64,000 nt of DNA from Minisyncoccota bacterium (GCA_041389025.1 JAWKSP010000002.1:21246-85245), one strand, 5' to 3'. Positions 37,873 to 48,495 are shown, counted from the first letter of the stretch. Notes: generated by a model not told the origin, from the sequence alone. Made by a program: numbers and translations.

Positions 37873-38433
37873 TCAATTGGTATTACTCAAGCTTTTATCA
37901 ATGATTCCTTTTAACTCTTCTTCACTTAAAGTACCTCTAAAATGTTTTTCAACATTTCCTTTTTTATCATAAACAATAGTTTCTGGCATGGCATAACCAC
38001 CGATTAATTTATAAAATCTATCTTCCGGATCTAAAATTATTTTGACTGTTTCTACTTGAGAAACTGTGTTTATATAGCGTTTTGCCCTATCTTTACTTTC
38101 TTTTCGATTAATGGCCAAAAAAACCACTTTTTCTTGATCGTAGTTTAATGCTACTTTATCTAAAAGTTCTAACTCCATTTTTGAATAAGGTGACCAACTA
38201 GCCCAAGATGTAACGACCATTATTTTACCAAGGTACTCTTTTAGTGATAATTGATTGCCTTCCAAGTCTGTATATACAGCAGGTTTTTCTTCCTGTCCGA
38301 TAAATATATCTCTGACTTTTTCGTCAACTACATTTTTATTATTAGTTACAATAAAGTAAGTTAATATCGCTAAAATAATTATAGTCACAAATCCAGCGAC
38401 AAGAATTTTTTTATGTTCCTTTGCAATTGGCAT
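37873..38433 (-). CDS. TlpA/redoxin-like thioredoxin-fold protein lacking the CxxC cysteines (SPYS in their place), membrane-anchored
   Basis: VVTSWASWSPYSKMELELL aligns with the WAxWCxPC redoxin motif but both Cys are Ser. N-terminal TM anchor. Confidence 0.6.
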   Translation of the reverse strand: MPIAKEHKKILVAGFVTIIILAILTYFIVTNNKNVVDEKVRDIFIGQEEKPAVYTDLEGNQLSLKEYLGKIMVVTSWASWSPYSKMELELLDKVALNYDQEKVVFLAINRKESKDRAKRYINTVSQVETVKIILDPEDRFYKLIGGYAMPETIVYDKKGNVEKHFRGTLSEEELKGIIDKSLSNTN

Positions 38434-38450
38434 ACTGATTAATAACTAGA

Positions 38451-39131
38451 CTAAATACCTAATTCGACTCGCCATTGTTCGTATGGTAAAGCTCCAACTA
38501 CTGGTGTAACCGAATCACCATCAATAATTAAACTAAAAGGTGTTCCATTCGCTCCCAATTGTCTGGCTACATCTAAATCGGTTGAAATGAGAGTGTTGAT
38601 ATTATTATCACTCATACAAGAATTGTAAGTAGATTCAGATAAACCGGCTGATAAAGCGTAATTTTTTAAGAAATCCTCATTGTTTGAACCAACATTAGCA
38701 AATAAAATTTCTGTAAAATTCCAAAAAGCGTCGTTTCCTAATTCTCTAGCTATACATTCCGCAGAAACAGCTGCTAAAAAAGCATTTTCGTGAATTGGCA
38801 AAGGCAAGTGTCTGTATTCCCAAGCTATTTTTCCATTTGATTCATCTACGATTCTTTTTAAGGTTGGATGAAGTCTGGCACAAAATGGACACTCAAAATC
38901 AGAGAACTCAACAATCACTATATCAGCTTCTTCACTACCATATAAATGTCTATATTCACCCCTCTTAATTTCATCAGGACTTAGACTTATGCTAGCTGAT
39001 GCGCTTGCTACATTTGTCTTTTGTTCAGTTATAACCGAAGAATTTGTAGAAAACTTGAAAAATATTGCTACAGCTACCAAACCAAAACCTAAAACAATTG
39101 AAGTGGCGATTTGTGTGTGATTTAATTGCAT
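38451..39131 (-). CDS. DsbA-family thiol:disulfide oxidoreductase
   Basis: EFSDFECPFCARLHP active-site CPFC. N-terminal anchor. Confidence 0.8.
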   Translation of the reverse strand: MQLNHTQIATSIVLGFGLVAVAIFFKFSTNSSVITEQKTNVASASASISLSPDEIKRGEYRHLYGSEEADIVIVEFSDFECPFCARLHPTLKRIVDESNGKIAWEYRHLPLPIHENAFLAAVSAECIARELGNDAFWNFTEILFANVGSNNEDFLKNYALSAGLSESTYNSCMSDNNINTLISTDLDVARQLGANGTPFSLIIDGDSVTPVVGALPYEQWRVELGI

Positions 39132-39137
39132 ACTAGT

Positions 39138-39653
39138 TTAACCTTTTATATAAATCTCAAATTCATCCGGAGTTTCACCGACAGCAGCTGGGATAAGATT
39201 GAGTTCGGCTGGTTGGCCATTAAAAGTAGCAGTCACAGTAGCTTCTCTTGAAGCTGTGGCCTCTACTGAAAAACGTTGATTGGTTAATACTTGCGCACAA
39301 GTGTCAGCCGTATTTATAACTTTAAAGTCCAATTTTATTTGCTCTGGATATGATTCCATTACCATCGCTGAAACATCTACAAGATCACAAGGGGTGGGCA
39401 TAGTTATTTCGCCGACAAAGGTGTGGGTACCATCAATATAAAAGTGTTTTGCGTCTATTCGTTTTGGATCAGGTACTTCTGCTTGTTCTGTGGGTTCAAC
39501 ATTTTCCTCTTCATCTGTGTTTTGTATTTCTTCATTTTTGAAACTACTAAACATAAACATTCCGACGACCACAAGAATGAACAAGACAACGATTAGTATT
39601 ATTGATGATTTATTCATGGTGAATTTTTTAGTTTTATAATTACTGCTATACAT
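39138..39653 (-). CDS. hypothetical secreted protein (2 Cys)
   Basis: 171 aa. TM/signal segment. No motif. Confidence 0.5.
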   Translation of the reverse strand: MYSSNYKTKKFTMNKSSIILIVVLFILVVVGMFMFSSFKNEEIQNTDEEENVEPTEQAEVPDPKRIDAKHFYIDGTHTFVGEITMPTPCDLVDVSAMVMESYPEQIKLDFKVINTADTCAQVLTNQRFSVEATASREATVTATFNGQPAELNLIPAAVGETPDEFEIYIKG

Positions 39654-39662
39654 TATACAACA

Positions 39663-41327
39663 TTATAAGTTTAGATTGCTACCCAAGAAGATAATTATCG
39701 ATTGATCGCCAAGCGTTGCATCGTTGGTAATAGATATTAGTGCGTTGTTTAGCTCTCCACTTAGTTTAATGGCGTCTTCTTGATATTCTCTTTTGTACAC
39801 AATAACCGTTTTCTCTTGCTCTGTTTCCAGATCAGCTTCCAATTTATCTATTTTGTAGCCATTTTCTTCAAGTTTCAATCTCAGCTTGGCTGCCGCACCG
39901 GATTCACCGCTTCTATTTACTATCATAATTTTTGATGTCTCATTGTCAATATTTTTCTCCAAATCAAGTGGTTGGTTGTTGAGTTGATTGTAAATAATTT
40001 CCTCAGAATTCATTTCTAACTTCTCTACTCCGTTGTTGTATGAAATGGCAAAACTTCGTTTATCGGTAGTCGCTCCGTTTATATACCAAACGAAAAATAT
40101 AATCAATGATAGCAAAAAGAGACCAGCCAACATTGTTGTTTTATAATGATTAAAAAATTTCCAAACTGTGAAGAGTCTATCTTTTTTACTATTTTCAAAA
40201 CTTAAACCGGATTTTAAGTCTAAGATTTTTTCTTTGGTCGGTATATGTATTTTTAAATACCGTTTACTTTTTAGGCGGTTATTCAACTCAGCTTCTGACC
40301 TTAAGTGTGATACATCCAGTCCGGCAGACGACAACATTTTTCTTATGTATAGTCTAATTAGAAAAGCTGAACCATAAATAATTAACCCAACAGTAAGAAT
40401 GAATATCAAAATTGGTTTAACTGGAATTATCCAAAAATAAGTTTTGGAGGTAGAAAATTGTCTTTGGTCCTGTCCGTAAGCTAAGGTCGCAATGGCCGAA
40501 TAACGACCAATATCTGTTGGCGACCACTCTCCTGTCCAAGAAAACTTAAAGTTTCTGATGCCAGTGGTACCGTCGGTTTTATGCGGAACCTTCCCGTAAC
40601 TACTTTTCTGGTTTATCGGTATAACACCCCGCTCCTGACCCCACATGTTTAAAATTTTTATTTCACCCTGTGGTTGCAAATAGACATTCCCTTTGTTTTC
40701 AAAGCGTAAGCTAAAGTCAACTGCCGGCTCCTGAAAAAGAACCTTACTGGTGATAAATTCCCTTATTTCACCGGACTCAATAACATCGCCGTCAATTCTG
40801 GTAAAAATAAGAGTGGTGACCATCTGAGATGTTTGTAGATTTGGTTGCTCACCGCTTGTGTCTAACGGTTTCGTGCCAATCATGATGGCCGCATAGTGTC
40901 CACCTGGCGCTGCATTGCTCGGGACGTTTATTTCAAAAGGTATTTCTATACTTTGTTCCCTTGGTACTAAAACAGGTTCTTTACTAACCGAAATCCAACT
41001 TCCAAGTGTTGGTTTATTTATGTCATCTTTATCTATGCTTACAAAACTAACAGAACCACCTTCTTCTTTAGGTATAAAATTAAATACTTCCGCATACACA
41101 GTTATATCTCGTTCATTTACATTTATTACTTTAATTCCACTTTTCCATTTTTGATTGGGTTCAGCACGCATGTCAAAAATAGTTGGTGAAACACTTAGTG
41201 TTAGTGAATCTTGAGCGCTTGCATGGCTTGTAAAAAATAAAAAAGAAATTAATAGGAAAACTAACAGTAGTATCACACTATAAATCTTTTTTGAGGTTAA
41301 TATCATGTTCATATTTGTCATGTTCAT
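39663..41327 (-). CDS. surface protein: DUF916-like N-terminal beta domain, two TM helices, C-terminal LytR_C-like domain
   Basis: N-terminal SLTLSVSPTIFDMRAEP..VINVNERDITVYAEV resembles DUF916. C-terminal IVNRSGESGAAAKLRLKLEENGYKIDKLEADLETEQEKTVIVYK resembles LytR_C. Confidence 0.5.
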   Translation of the reverse strand: MNMTNMNMILTSKKIYSVILLLVFLLISFLFFTSHASAQDSLTLSVSPTIFDMRAEPNQKWKSGIKVINVNERDITVYAEVFNFIPKEEGGSVSFVSIDKDDINKPTLGSWISVSKEPVLVPREQSIEIPFEINVPSNAAPGGHYAAIMIGTKPLDTSGEQPNLQTSQMVTTLIFTRIDGDVIESGEIREFITSKVLFQEPAVDFSLRFENKGNVYLQPQGEIKILNMWGQERGVIPINQKSSYGKVPHKTDGTTGIRNFKFSWTGEWSPTDIGRYSAIATLAYGQDQRQFSTSKTYFWIIPVKPILIFILTVGLIIYGSAFLIRLYIRKMLSSAGLDVSHLRSEAELNNRLKSKRYLKIHIPTKEKILDLKSGLSFENSKKDRLFTVWKFFNHYKTTMLAGLFLLSLIIFFVWYINGATTDKRSFAISYNNGVEKLEMNSEEIIYNQLNNQPLDLEKNIDNETSKIMIVNRSGESGAAAKLRLKLEENGYKIDKLEADLETEQEKTVIVYKREYQEDAIKLSGELNNALISITNDATLGDQSIIIFLGSNLNL

Positions 41328-42321
41328 GTGATTTTCTTACAAACACCGGTAGCTCCGTAGCTTCATAGTTATCACGTATATCACTATCGGTTTGTTTACC
41401 TGCTTTTACCAATAGAACTGTAATTGTCAGTGGTATTAATAATAACAGTATTATTAAACCAATCAACAGTGGAAGAGGTATTGTATAGTAGTAATTAGTG
41501 TCATGTAATGAAGCTAAGTGACTGTTTCCATACTGTAATGATAAAAAAGCTTTGTTCTTACCAAAAACATTGGTTTTAGGAAGCGGTTCGGAAAAATCAA
41601 CTTTTTCTCCAGGAGCAATAGTAACGTTCTCCGTGTTTAATAAAACAGCTGTCACTTCTTCACCTTTTCCGTTGTAAATTATAATTTCACCTTTAGGAGT
41701 AAGTGGTACATCACCCTCATTTTTTAACGAATAAGAAAATTCATGATTATCACTATCGTAAATTACATTATCGGTCTTAAAACTTGTTAGTCTAAGCAGT
41801 TCGACCTGTTTTTCATCTATTGAAATTCTCACGATAACTCCATCAGCTACTCCAGCTTTTACTTTATTTTCCGCTATATCTCTATTTTTTCCATTTCCAA
41901 AGCCAATGAATCCATGGTATTCACCTGGTTTTGCATTGGGGTTTATTCTTATAGTTACCGGAACGGAGATCATTTCTCCTGGTTGAATATCAATTCTTGC
42001 TCTGGAAATCTCTACCCAGCTAGTAATTGAAACGGTTCTGTCTGTCATTGAAGCTGGAATAAAAGATTTTACCTCATCATCACCACCTATTTCAATTTCA
42101 TGTACGGAAGCAAATAACCTTGTTGGTACATTACCATTATTTTTAATGGTAATTTCTTTAGTAATAATATCTCTCACTTCAGTTTTATGATCAATTATTA
42201 GGGGTGAGACAGAAATAGTGTTTACAGCTTCAGTGAGTTTAGGATTTATCAAAATAACTGAAAAAATAAAAATACCACTGAAAAATTTAATATTTTTTAG
42301 AATTTTAAATTTTAATTTCAT
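41278..42321 (-). CDS. DUF916/DUF3324-like cell-surface protein (signal peptide + beta-rich ectodomain + C-terminal TM anchor)
   Basis: NTISVSPLIIDHKTEVRDIITKEITIKNNGNVPTRLFASVHEIEI then C-terminal helix LLIGLIILLLLIPLTITVLLV. This architecture is typical of WxL-locus accessory proteins in Firmicutes. Confidence 0.45.
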   Translation of the reverse strand: MKLKFKILKNIKFFSGIFIFSVILINPKLTEAVNTISVSPLIIDHKTEVRDIITKEITIKNNGNVPTRLFASVHEIEIGGDDEVKSFIPASMTDRTVSITSWVEISRARIDIQPGEMISVPVTIRINPNAKPGEYHGFIGFGNGKNRDIAENKVKAGVADGVIVRISIDEKQVELLRLTSFKTDNVIYDSDNHEFSYSLKNEGDVPLTPKGEIIIYNGKGEEVTAVLLNTENVTIAPGEKVDFSEPLPKTNVFGKNKAFLSLQYGNSHLASLHDTNYYYTIPLPLLIGLIILLLLIPLTITVLLVKAGKQTDSDIRDNYEATELPVFVRKSHEHDKYEHDINLKKDL

Positions 42322-42324
42322 AAA

Positions 42325-45300
42325 CTAAAATGATGGAACTGCTAAATACACGATCTCGGTTTGATAATCTCCAAACTCCTGCATGACTGCAATCCTCACT
42401 CGGTAAACTATATCATGACTCTCGGTGGCCGGAATTGAGCTATACATAATTTCTGTAGGCAATGTTTCTAATCCAGCAAAGGTGTCGTCGGCAGCGAATC
42501 TAGTTGAACCACCTTTTAGTGTACCGTCGGTTGTATGATACCCTACACATCCAGTTGAAGTCGATTGACAACCAATGGTCCAACTGGTAGGCGAAATATT
42601 CGAACCTGTTATTGACGGTATTTCTGTTCCTAGGTTATTTAAAAATTGTTGGCTGGCAAATTTAAATATTTGGTAGCCTTTAGAAGCGTTTGTGTCTATA
42701 GTTATTCTGTGCGCCGCCTCATAATTTGTATCAAAAAGTAAACTACCGAATTCGATTCCGTTTGGCGTCGTTGAAATATCAGTTATTATTCCTGCTGTAC
42801 TAGTACCTGAAGGTAAACCTGAAACAGTAAAGACTAGATTTGTTCCTTCAGTAACTAGTGATGGGTATGAAAAACCGGCTTTGGTAGGTACCGGTTCATC
42901 AAAAGTGACGTCATATACCCTAAAGTAGTAAACAGTATCATATTTTGGGTTGTTGCCTTTTAATGTAAAAGAGTATTCTTTTGTAGTGCTAGCTTCATGT
43001 GTGTGTCCAGATACAAAAGTTGATACCGTGTTGTGGGTACCGCAACCACCACCTGAAGACGACACACAAACGTCATTGCCTGATAAAACAGAAGTGGTTA
43101 TTATTTCATTATCAACTCCCCCACCATCAACATAACACCATGATGAGGTAGCTACGCAATTATCACTGGCAGCAACGTCATATGCATCGCTAAAATTAGC
43201 ATCCTCTGAATACTGTAATTTAAATTTTACATTACTACCTTGTATGTTTTTAGTTTCAGAAACCGATATTCTAAGTGTTAAGTCGTCGTTATCGGGTACG
43301 TTAACTGGAGCTGATTCTTCTGCTGCTAGTGGTGAGATAGGAGTTTCGTTTTGTGCATCATCATACCAGCGCCACGTTCCAGTTTTTGGTGTATACCCAG
43401 CTGTACGTATTTGGGGATAATTGTTGTACACATCAACTAGAGTATTGTCGCTCTTAATCATTCTAAAGCAATATGTACTTTTTGGATCTGCGTTATTTTG
43501 TTCTATAAACCAGTCATACTCCACATTTTCATCTTGATCAACTGAATAAGGGTTAACAGCAGACGGGTTCTCATGCGTAAGAACACCTGATACATCTGAA
43601 ATAGAAATAAGAAGATCTCCAGCTACTGGCGGATTGGTAGATAAAAACGTTCCGTCAGTAGTTGTAGTTGAAAGGTATCCTCTCCAGGCTGTAGAGCTAC
43701 TGTTGTTACCCAAGTCATGCCAAGAGGTCGACTCTATAGCCGAACATGTGCCTGAACGCAGTCCGTATTGTAACTTAAAGTCTTGAAAACCAGCTGGCAT
43801 ATTTGCGTTAATAATTTTTAGTGTCATTCTGAGACGGATTTTATCTCCCGTGATTAAAGGTTCATCATTAACTGTAATGGATGTATTCTCCCCTAAATCA
43901 ACAACTCCAAGTGGCCACGGATCGGTTGGCTTTAAGGCATTGTTGTCGACATAAAATCGGTAGTAATTTTGTCTTATGGATAAATCAGCTACTGGCCATT
44001 CAATAATTTCAACTTGATAAGTAAAGACTGGTGCACCTACCTTACTTCTCCAAATTTGATAAGTGGAAGTGCTAGTCAAGGTAAAGCCGGACATTGGTCT
44101 CGGGTAAGCCGTGTTGTCTCCCTCTGATCTGCTATTAGCGTTTATGGAAGTGTTGTTTAAAGCTGCTACATTGGTACCCATGTTTACAGACAATGACAAA
44201 GGAGCGGCACCTCCAAAGGTGTTGCCACTAGAGCGTTGTACTTTCATTTCACCGCTTCCAGTTTGAGTATTTTCAATTATCCAAGCTACTGAAGTTTGTC
44301 CTTCGGCAACAGAAGCTCCCGACTCCAATCTAAAAGAGACAGCACCTATGCTTGAGAGCCAAACCTCATGACCATAATGAACTACCCTATTATTCGCCCC
44401 CATCCTCTTTTGTGTGTGAATGAAGGTATGAGAAAGACTGTTTACTGCTGCTATTGACTCTGTTTCAGTAGTACCAGCTGATAAGTAAGTATGCTCTACT
44501 CTTTGAATTTTCCAATTAACTCCAATAAATTCAATGACTGCATAACTTACATTTACCACACTTGAACCATTATGATCGCGTTTAAAAACAGGAACATCAC
44601 CTGTTTCGTACCATTCTGATGTTACTTGACCAGCGTAAAAATTTTTACTTGTATTCTGATTCTGAATACCGGTTATAAAAACCACCACATCTTCACTATC
44701 CGATATATTACTTAGTGATGTGCCTGTAGCTACAACGTCTGAACTACTCAGCTCTATTGTATCGACCATTCTCACAACTATTTCATTGTCAGTTCCTGGC
44801 GAACCAATAAATTCAATTATTTCCCAATCAACCCTTGTATTATCGGTAGCAGTTGTTGGTCTAGCTAACGTAAAACTAGTAATTAGATCAGAAGAATCTT
44901 CAATGTATACAGTTACGTCATCTGCATTTTGATTATTAGTAGCACCAGTATCATGACCAGAACCAGTCATGTGTGAGTTTGTTATTCTTACAAAAGCTCT
45001 CGTATTACTGGCAACCGCAGTATAATCTGTACCAGCCAGTAAGGTGGTGGAGGTTCCCGAAACTTGTACAGAACCACGCTGAATTATAAAGTCACGCTTA
45101 GGAGACGTGGTTAACTCAGCATAATTTGTATAGGTCGGTAGCTCGTCTCCATCAGAGGTAACGCGAAAGCAATAAGTTGTGTTGTTGACTGTGCTAGTGT
45201 TTGACATGATACTAAATTCAAGATCAACATAGTCATTTGGTGGAATAGTCGTGGTAGCAGAAAGAGTTTGTAGTTCTGTAACTGAGTCGTTGTTAGAAAC

Positions 45301-48300
45301 AAAACTTCCTATACCATCACTGACACCACCACCCGCTAAGCTAATATCTGTTGTATCATCACCGTCCGTTAAATAACTAGAGTTGTACATTTCCCAACCG
45401 TCACCTGGAGTATCTATATTTAACCACACTGAAGCATCCGAACAAGTTGTTACTTTTAGAGCGTACTCTAGTTGATATTTAGATTGCGTTGTTGTTACTG
45501 TTCCTGTATTAGTTAAACCAAAACGTAGTCTGATTGGAGTATTCAAATTAAAATTTTCTAGAGCCGTGTTCTCAGACCCTCCGGTAGCTGATGTAGCATC
45601 AGTTTCGTTTCCGTCGTCATTTCGCCAGTGATAATTTGCTTGATTTACTATACTACCTTGAATTGTAGTTGTGCTGGTGATTTGTATCGGTGTTGAAGGT
45701 CCTACTGAACCAGAATCAACGGCAACATCGATTGCTGGAGATGATATAATTATTTTAATAGTTTCGCTATCTTCAGCCTCATCTGCTACGTCAAAAACAG
45801 AATAAATACAGAGCGTGCTAGTAGAAGTTATATTAACTGAGTCTGTGAAAGTTTTTGTTTCGTTAAAATCAGAAAAAGCCAAGGAGCTGGTTGCGCCAAA
45901 CTGATTTTCGGTTCCGGTATATGATTCACTGTCGCAATCATATGGGCTGGTAATGTCATGTTTATAATATAAACGTAAGTTACTTAAACTGGTAGAGGCA
46001 TTTACTGTTCCAATTTCAGATAATTTAATGCTTGTAACATTTCTGAAACTGGAGTTCTCTTTAAAAACAAAGCTACCACCTAAATAGTTATTTGGAGAAG
46101 AAACTTCCGCAACCGAGTTTTGTGTTCCAATTGAAGAAACTGTTATGTCTGATGTAATCGTGAGAGTAGGATAATTAGTGTAATTGTTTAAAGCAATATC
46201 ATTACTAATAAGACGAAAACAATAAGTTTCTCCTTCAGCTACTGTGCTCGAGGCTTGAATTGAATATTCAAATTCAATAAATTCATTTTGATCAAGTGAT
46301 ATTCCAGAAACGGTAGAAGTGGTGTCTAAAACCGCATTATTACCGGAAAGAAAGGTGTTGGCACCGTCAGTAACACCACCGCTACTGATAGCTACGTTTG
46401 TAGTATTATTACCGTTTGTTAAATTTATAGAGTCATAAAGATTAAACTTTGCTGACTGAGATCCTACTTCTGTCCATGATATAATATCGCCACAGGTTGG
46501 AGCAGCAACTCCATACTCTAATTTATAAGTACCCGAAACAGTGGTTGTAGCTCCCTCATTGAATAATCCCAAACGCAAGCGTACATTTTCATTGGCCTGA
46601 ACACCATTTAAAACTGTGTTCTCAGACCCTCCGGTAGCTGATGTAGCATCAGTTTCGTTTCCGTCGTCATTTCGCCAGTGATAAGCATTTTGTACTAAAA
46701 TAGGATTAACAACATTAGTCGTCCCCGATAAAGATACTTTTTCTGTCGGAAAAACATCAACCCCTCCAGTTACGTTCACATCATCTTTAGGACTTGTTAT
46801 TACAACTTCAATCGTTTCATCATTTGATGATGTATCAAGTATATCTATTACTGTATATAAACAAATACTTTGAGTAGGTGAAATTTCAACTGATCCGGTA
46901 AACGTGGCTGAACCATTTGCTCCAGAAAACCCGCCTGTCACCGTGTCTCCAAATTGGCTTTCGGTTCCAGTATATGATTCATTACTGCAGTCATATGGTT
47001 CAGACGTATCAAATTCGTAATAAAGCTTAACATCACCAATATCAGCGTCAGCATCAATAGTTCCTTCTTCAGATATTTTTATAGAGGTGACGGTACGAGT
47101 TGCTGTGGTATTAAGGGAAAAACTTCCACCAACGTAAAAAGAGTTGGTTTCAGGACGAACTTCTGTTGATTGAGTACCGACTGAGGATAGAGTGGAGTCA
47201 GGACCAATATCGCTAATTGTATCTCCAACAATGTCTCTGATTCCTGAAGTATGATTGTACCAACTAATGAAAATTCTTTCATATGACAACACATTCATGT
47301 CCACACCATATAAATCACCAGAGACTGAATTGACCGGACCTTGTTCAGAACCCCAACTAGCCATGTTATCTGTTGATTTTACCCAATAAACATCGCCAGT
47401 GTCGATACTGCCAATAGCTGACCTTGCGGTGTAGCCAACATAAAGATCTCCATTATTCTGATCTCTTGAAATAGCAACTTGAACTAAACCTCTTGTTGCG
47501 TCGTTTGTTATTATATCGGTCTTTCCTGTCCATGAACCACCAGAATAAACCGCAGTTCTTATATCGTGGTCATTTGTAGAAAAATCATTATTATCCGCAA
47601 CATAAGCTAAATAAATATCGTTTGATTCAGGGTCAATGGTGGCTGACATCCCCACATCATAAGTAGTGTTTCGAACAGCACCGGTGTCAAAGGAGCTAAT
47701 CGATGACCAAGATGAACCATTCCATACACTGGAACGAATATGATTGTTTGTACTTCTGTTTATTAGCAAGATATTTCCAGAAGCTAGTGGCATTAAGATA
47801 CTCCAGCTATTTGCATTTCCTTGAGGTGGAGTACCAGCTAGTGACCAGTTAGTAGAAAGGTCACAGTTACTGGCACAATTAACAAGTAAGGTTTCATCTC
47901 CATCATCGACACCCATAAAGATTTTTCCGTCAGTAGCTTTCGTTATATAAGGACGATTGGCACCGGACGTAAGTACCGAGACAGCACTCAATGTAGTACT
48001 GGTTGCAGTTGAGCCAAGCAACAAACTGTCATCAGATGTGTCGAGTCTATTATAAAACAGTTCGTCATCACCATTATCCATGGTCGCTATATGAATGTAA
48101 TCACCCATATCATTTGGTGTCCACCGATCATACCAAACCACCACACCTAAACAATCAGACTGAGAATCCACAACGACTGAGGAACCCCACGATAAACCCC
48201 CGTTAGTAGTTTTTGAGTAAACACAATTACCACTGTTTGGTGAACCGTCACGATAAAATCTATAACCTACTTGATCGCCAGTAAAGACTGTAGCTGATCC

Positions 48301-48495
48301 CGCCTGAACTTGAGTTGTTTGACTGGTACTTGGCGAAGAATCTATTATTACCGTAGCCGCCTCAGCAATATTTGATTTTAAAAATAAAATATGCAAAACA
48401 AAATTGTTAGTTAGCTCGAGCATTAAAACAACAAATAAGAGCAGTGTTACAGAACGCTTACGCACAACAAACAAACGTAGAAATAAGTTTCCCAT
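42325..48495 (-). CDS. giant secreted protein (2056 aa): N-terminal BNR/Asp-box-like propeller, then 4 copies of a ~200-350-aa lectin-like beta-sandwich repeat
   Basis: Signal peptide. Asp-box-like TTNGGLSW, SGGSWTGKT. Repeats marked by YHWRNDDGNETDATSATGGSENT (x2), WRWYDDAQNET, YYRFYVDNN, each ending YCFR. Confidence 0.7.
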   Translation of the reverse strand: MGNLFLRLFVVRKRSVTLLLFVVLMLELTNNFVLHILFLKSNIAEAATVIIDSSPSTSQTTQVQAGSATVFTGDQVGYRFYRDGSPNSGNCVYSKTTNGGLSWGSSVVVDSQSDCLGVVVWYDRWTPNDMGDYIHIATMDNGDDELFYNRLDTSDDSLLLGSTATSTTLSAVSVLTSGANRPYITKATDGKIFMGVDDGDETLLVNCASNCDLSTNWSLAGTPPQGNANSWSILMPLASGNILLINRSTNNHIRSSVWNGSSWSSISSFDTGAVRNTTYDVGMSATIDPESNDIYLAYVADNNDFSTNDHDIRTAVYSGGSWTGKTDIITNDATRGLVQVAISRDQNNGDLYVGYTARSAIGSIDTGDVYWVKSTDNMASWGSEQGPVNSVSGDLYGVDMNVLSYERIFISWYNHTSGIRDIVGDTISDIGPDSTLSSVGTQSTEVRPETNSFYVGGSFSLNTTATRTVTSIKISEEGTIDADADIGDVKLYYEFDTSEPYDCSNESYTGTESQFGDTVTGGFSGANGSATFTGSVEISPTQSICLYTVIDILDTSSNDETIEVVITSPKDDVNVTGGVDVFPTEKVSLSGTTNVVNPILVQNAYHWRNDDGNETDATSATGGSENTVLNGVQANENVRLRLGLFNEGATTTVSGTYKLEYGVAAPTCGDIISWTEVGSQSAKFNLYDSINLTNGNNTTNVAISSGGVTDGANTFLSGNNAVLDTTSTVSGISLDQNEFIEFEYSIQASSTVAEGETYCFRLISNDIALNNYTNYPTLTITSDITVSSIGTQNSVAEVSSPNNYLGGSFVFKENSSFRNVTSIKLSEIGTVNASTSLSNLRLYYKHDITSPYDCDSESYTGTENQFGATSSLAFSDFNETKTFTDSVNITSTSTLCIYSVFDVADEAEDSETIKIIISSPAIDVAVDSGSVGPSTPIQITSTTTIQGSIVNQANYHWRNDDGNETDATSATGGSENTALENFNLNTPIRLRFGLTNTGTVTTTQSKYQLEYALKVTTCSDASVWLNIDTPGDGWEMYNSSYLTDGDDTTDISLAGGGVSDGIGSFVSNNDSVTELQTLSATTTIPPNDYVDLEFSIMSNTSTVNNTTYCFRVTSDGDELPTYTNYAELTTSPKRDFIIQRGSVQVSGTSTTLLAGTDYTAVASNTRAFVRITNSHMTGSGHDTGATNNQNADDVTVYIEDSSDLITSFTLARPTTATDNTRVDWEIIEFIGSPGTDNEIVVRMVDTIELSSSDVVATGTSLSNISDSEDVVVFITGIQNQNTSKNFYAGQVTSEWYETGDVPVFKRDHNGSSVVNVSYAVIEFIGVNWKIQRVEHTYLSAGTTETESIAAVNSLSHTFIHTQKRMGANNRVVHYGHEVWLSSIGAVSFRLESGASVAEGQTSVAWIIENTQTGSGEMKVQRSSGNTFGGAAPLSLSVNMGTNVAALNNTSINANSRSEGDNTAYPRPMSGFTLTSTSTYQIWRSKVGAPVFTYQVEIIEWPVADLSIRQNYYRFYVDNNALKPTDPWPLGVVDLGENTSITVNDEPLITGDKIRLRMTLKIINANMPAGFQDFKLQYGLRSGTCSAIESTSWHDLGNNSSSTAWRGYLSTTTTDGTFLSTNPPVAGDLLISISDVSGVLTHENPSAVNPYSVDQDENVEYDWFIEQNNADPKSTYCFRMIKSDNTLVDVYNNYPQIRTAGYTPKTGTWRWYDDAQNETPISPLAAEESAPVNVPDNDDLTLRISVSETKNIQGSNVKFKLQYSEDANFSDAYDVAASDNCVATSSWCYVDGGGVDNEIITTSVLSGNDVCVSSSGGGCGTHNTVSTFVSGHTHEASTTKEYSFTLKGNNPKYDTVYYFRVYDVTFDEPVPTKAGFSYPSLVTEGTNLVFTVSGLPSGTSTAGIITDISTTPNGIEFGSLLFDTNYEAAHRITIDTNASKGYQIFKFASQQFLNNLGTEIPSITGSNISPTSWTIGCQSTSTGCVGYHTTDGTLKGGSTRFAADDTFAGLETLPTEIMYSSIPATESHDIVYRVRIAVMQEFGDYQTEIVYLAVPSF
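45566..45634. repeat. 69-bp perfect intragenic repeat, copy 1 (pairs with 46616..46684)
   Basis: gtgttctcagaccctccggtagctgatgtagcatcagtttcgtttccgtcgtcatttcgccagtgataa identical at both sites, 1050 bp apart. Confidence 0.85.
46616..46684. repeat. 69-bp perfect intragenic repeat, copy 2
   Basis: Identical to 45566..45634. Confidence 0.85.
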
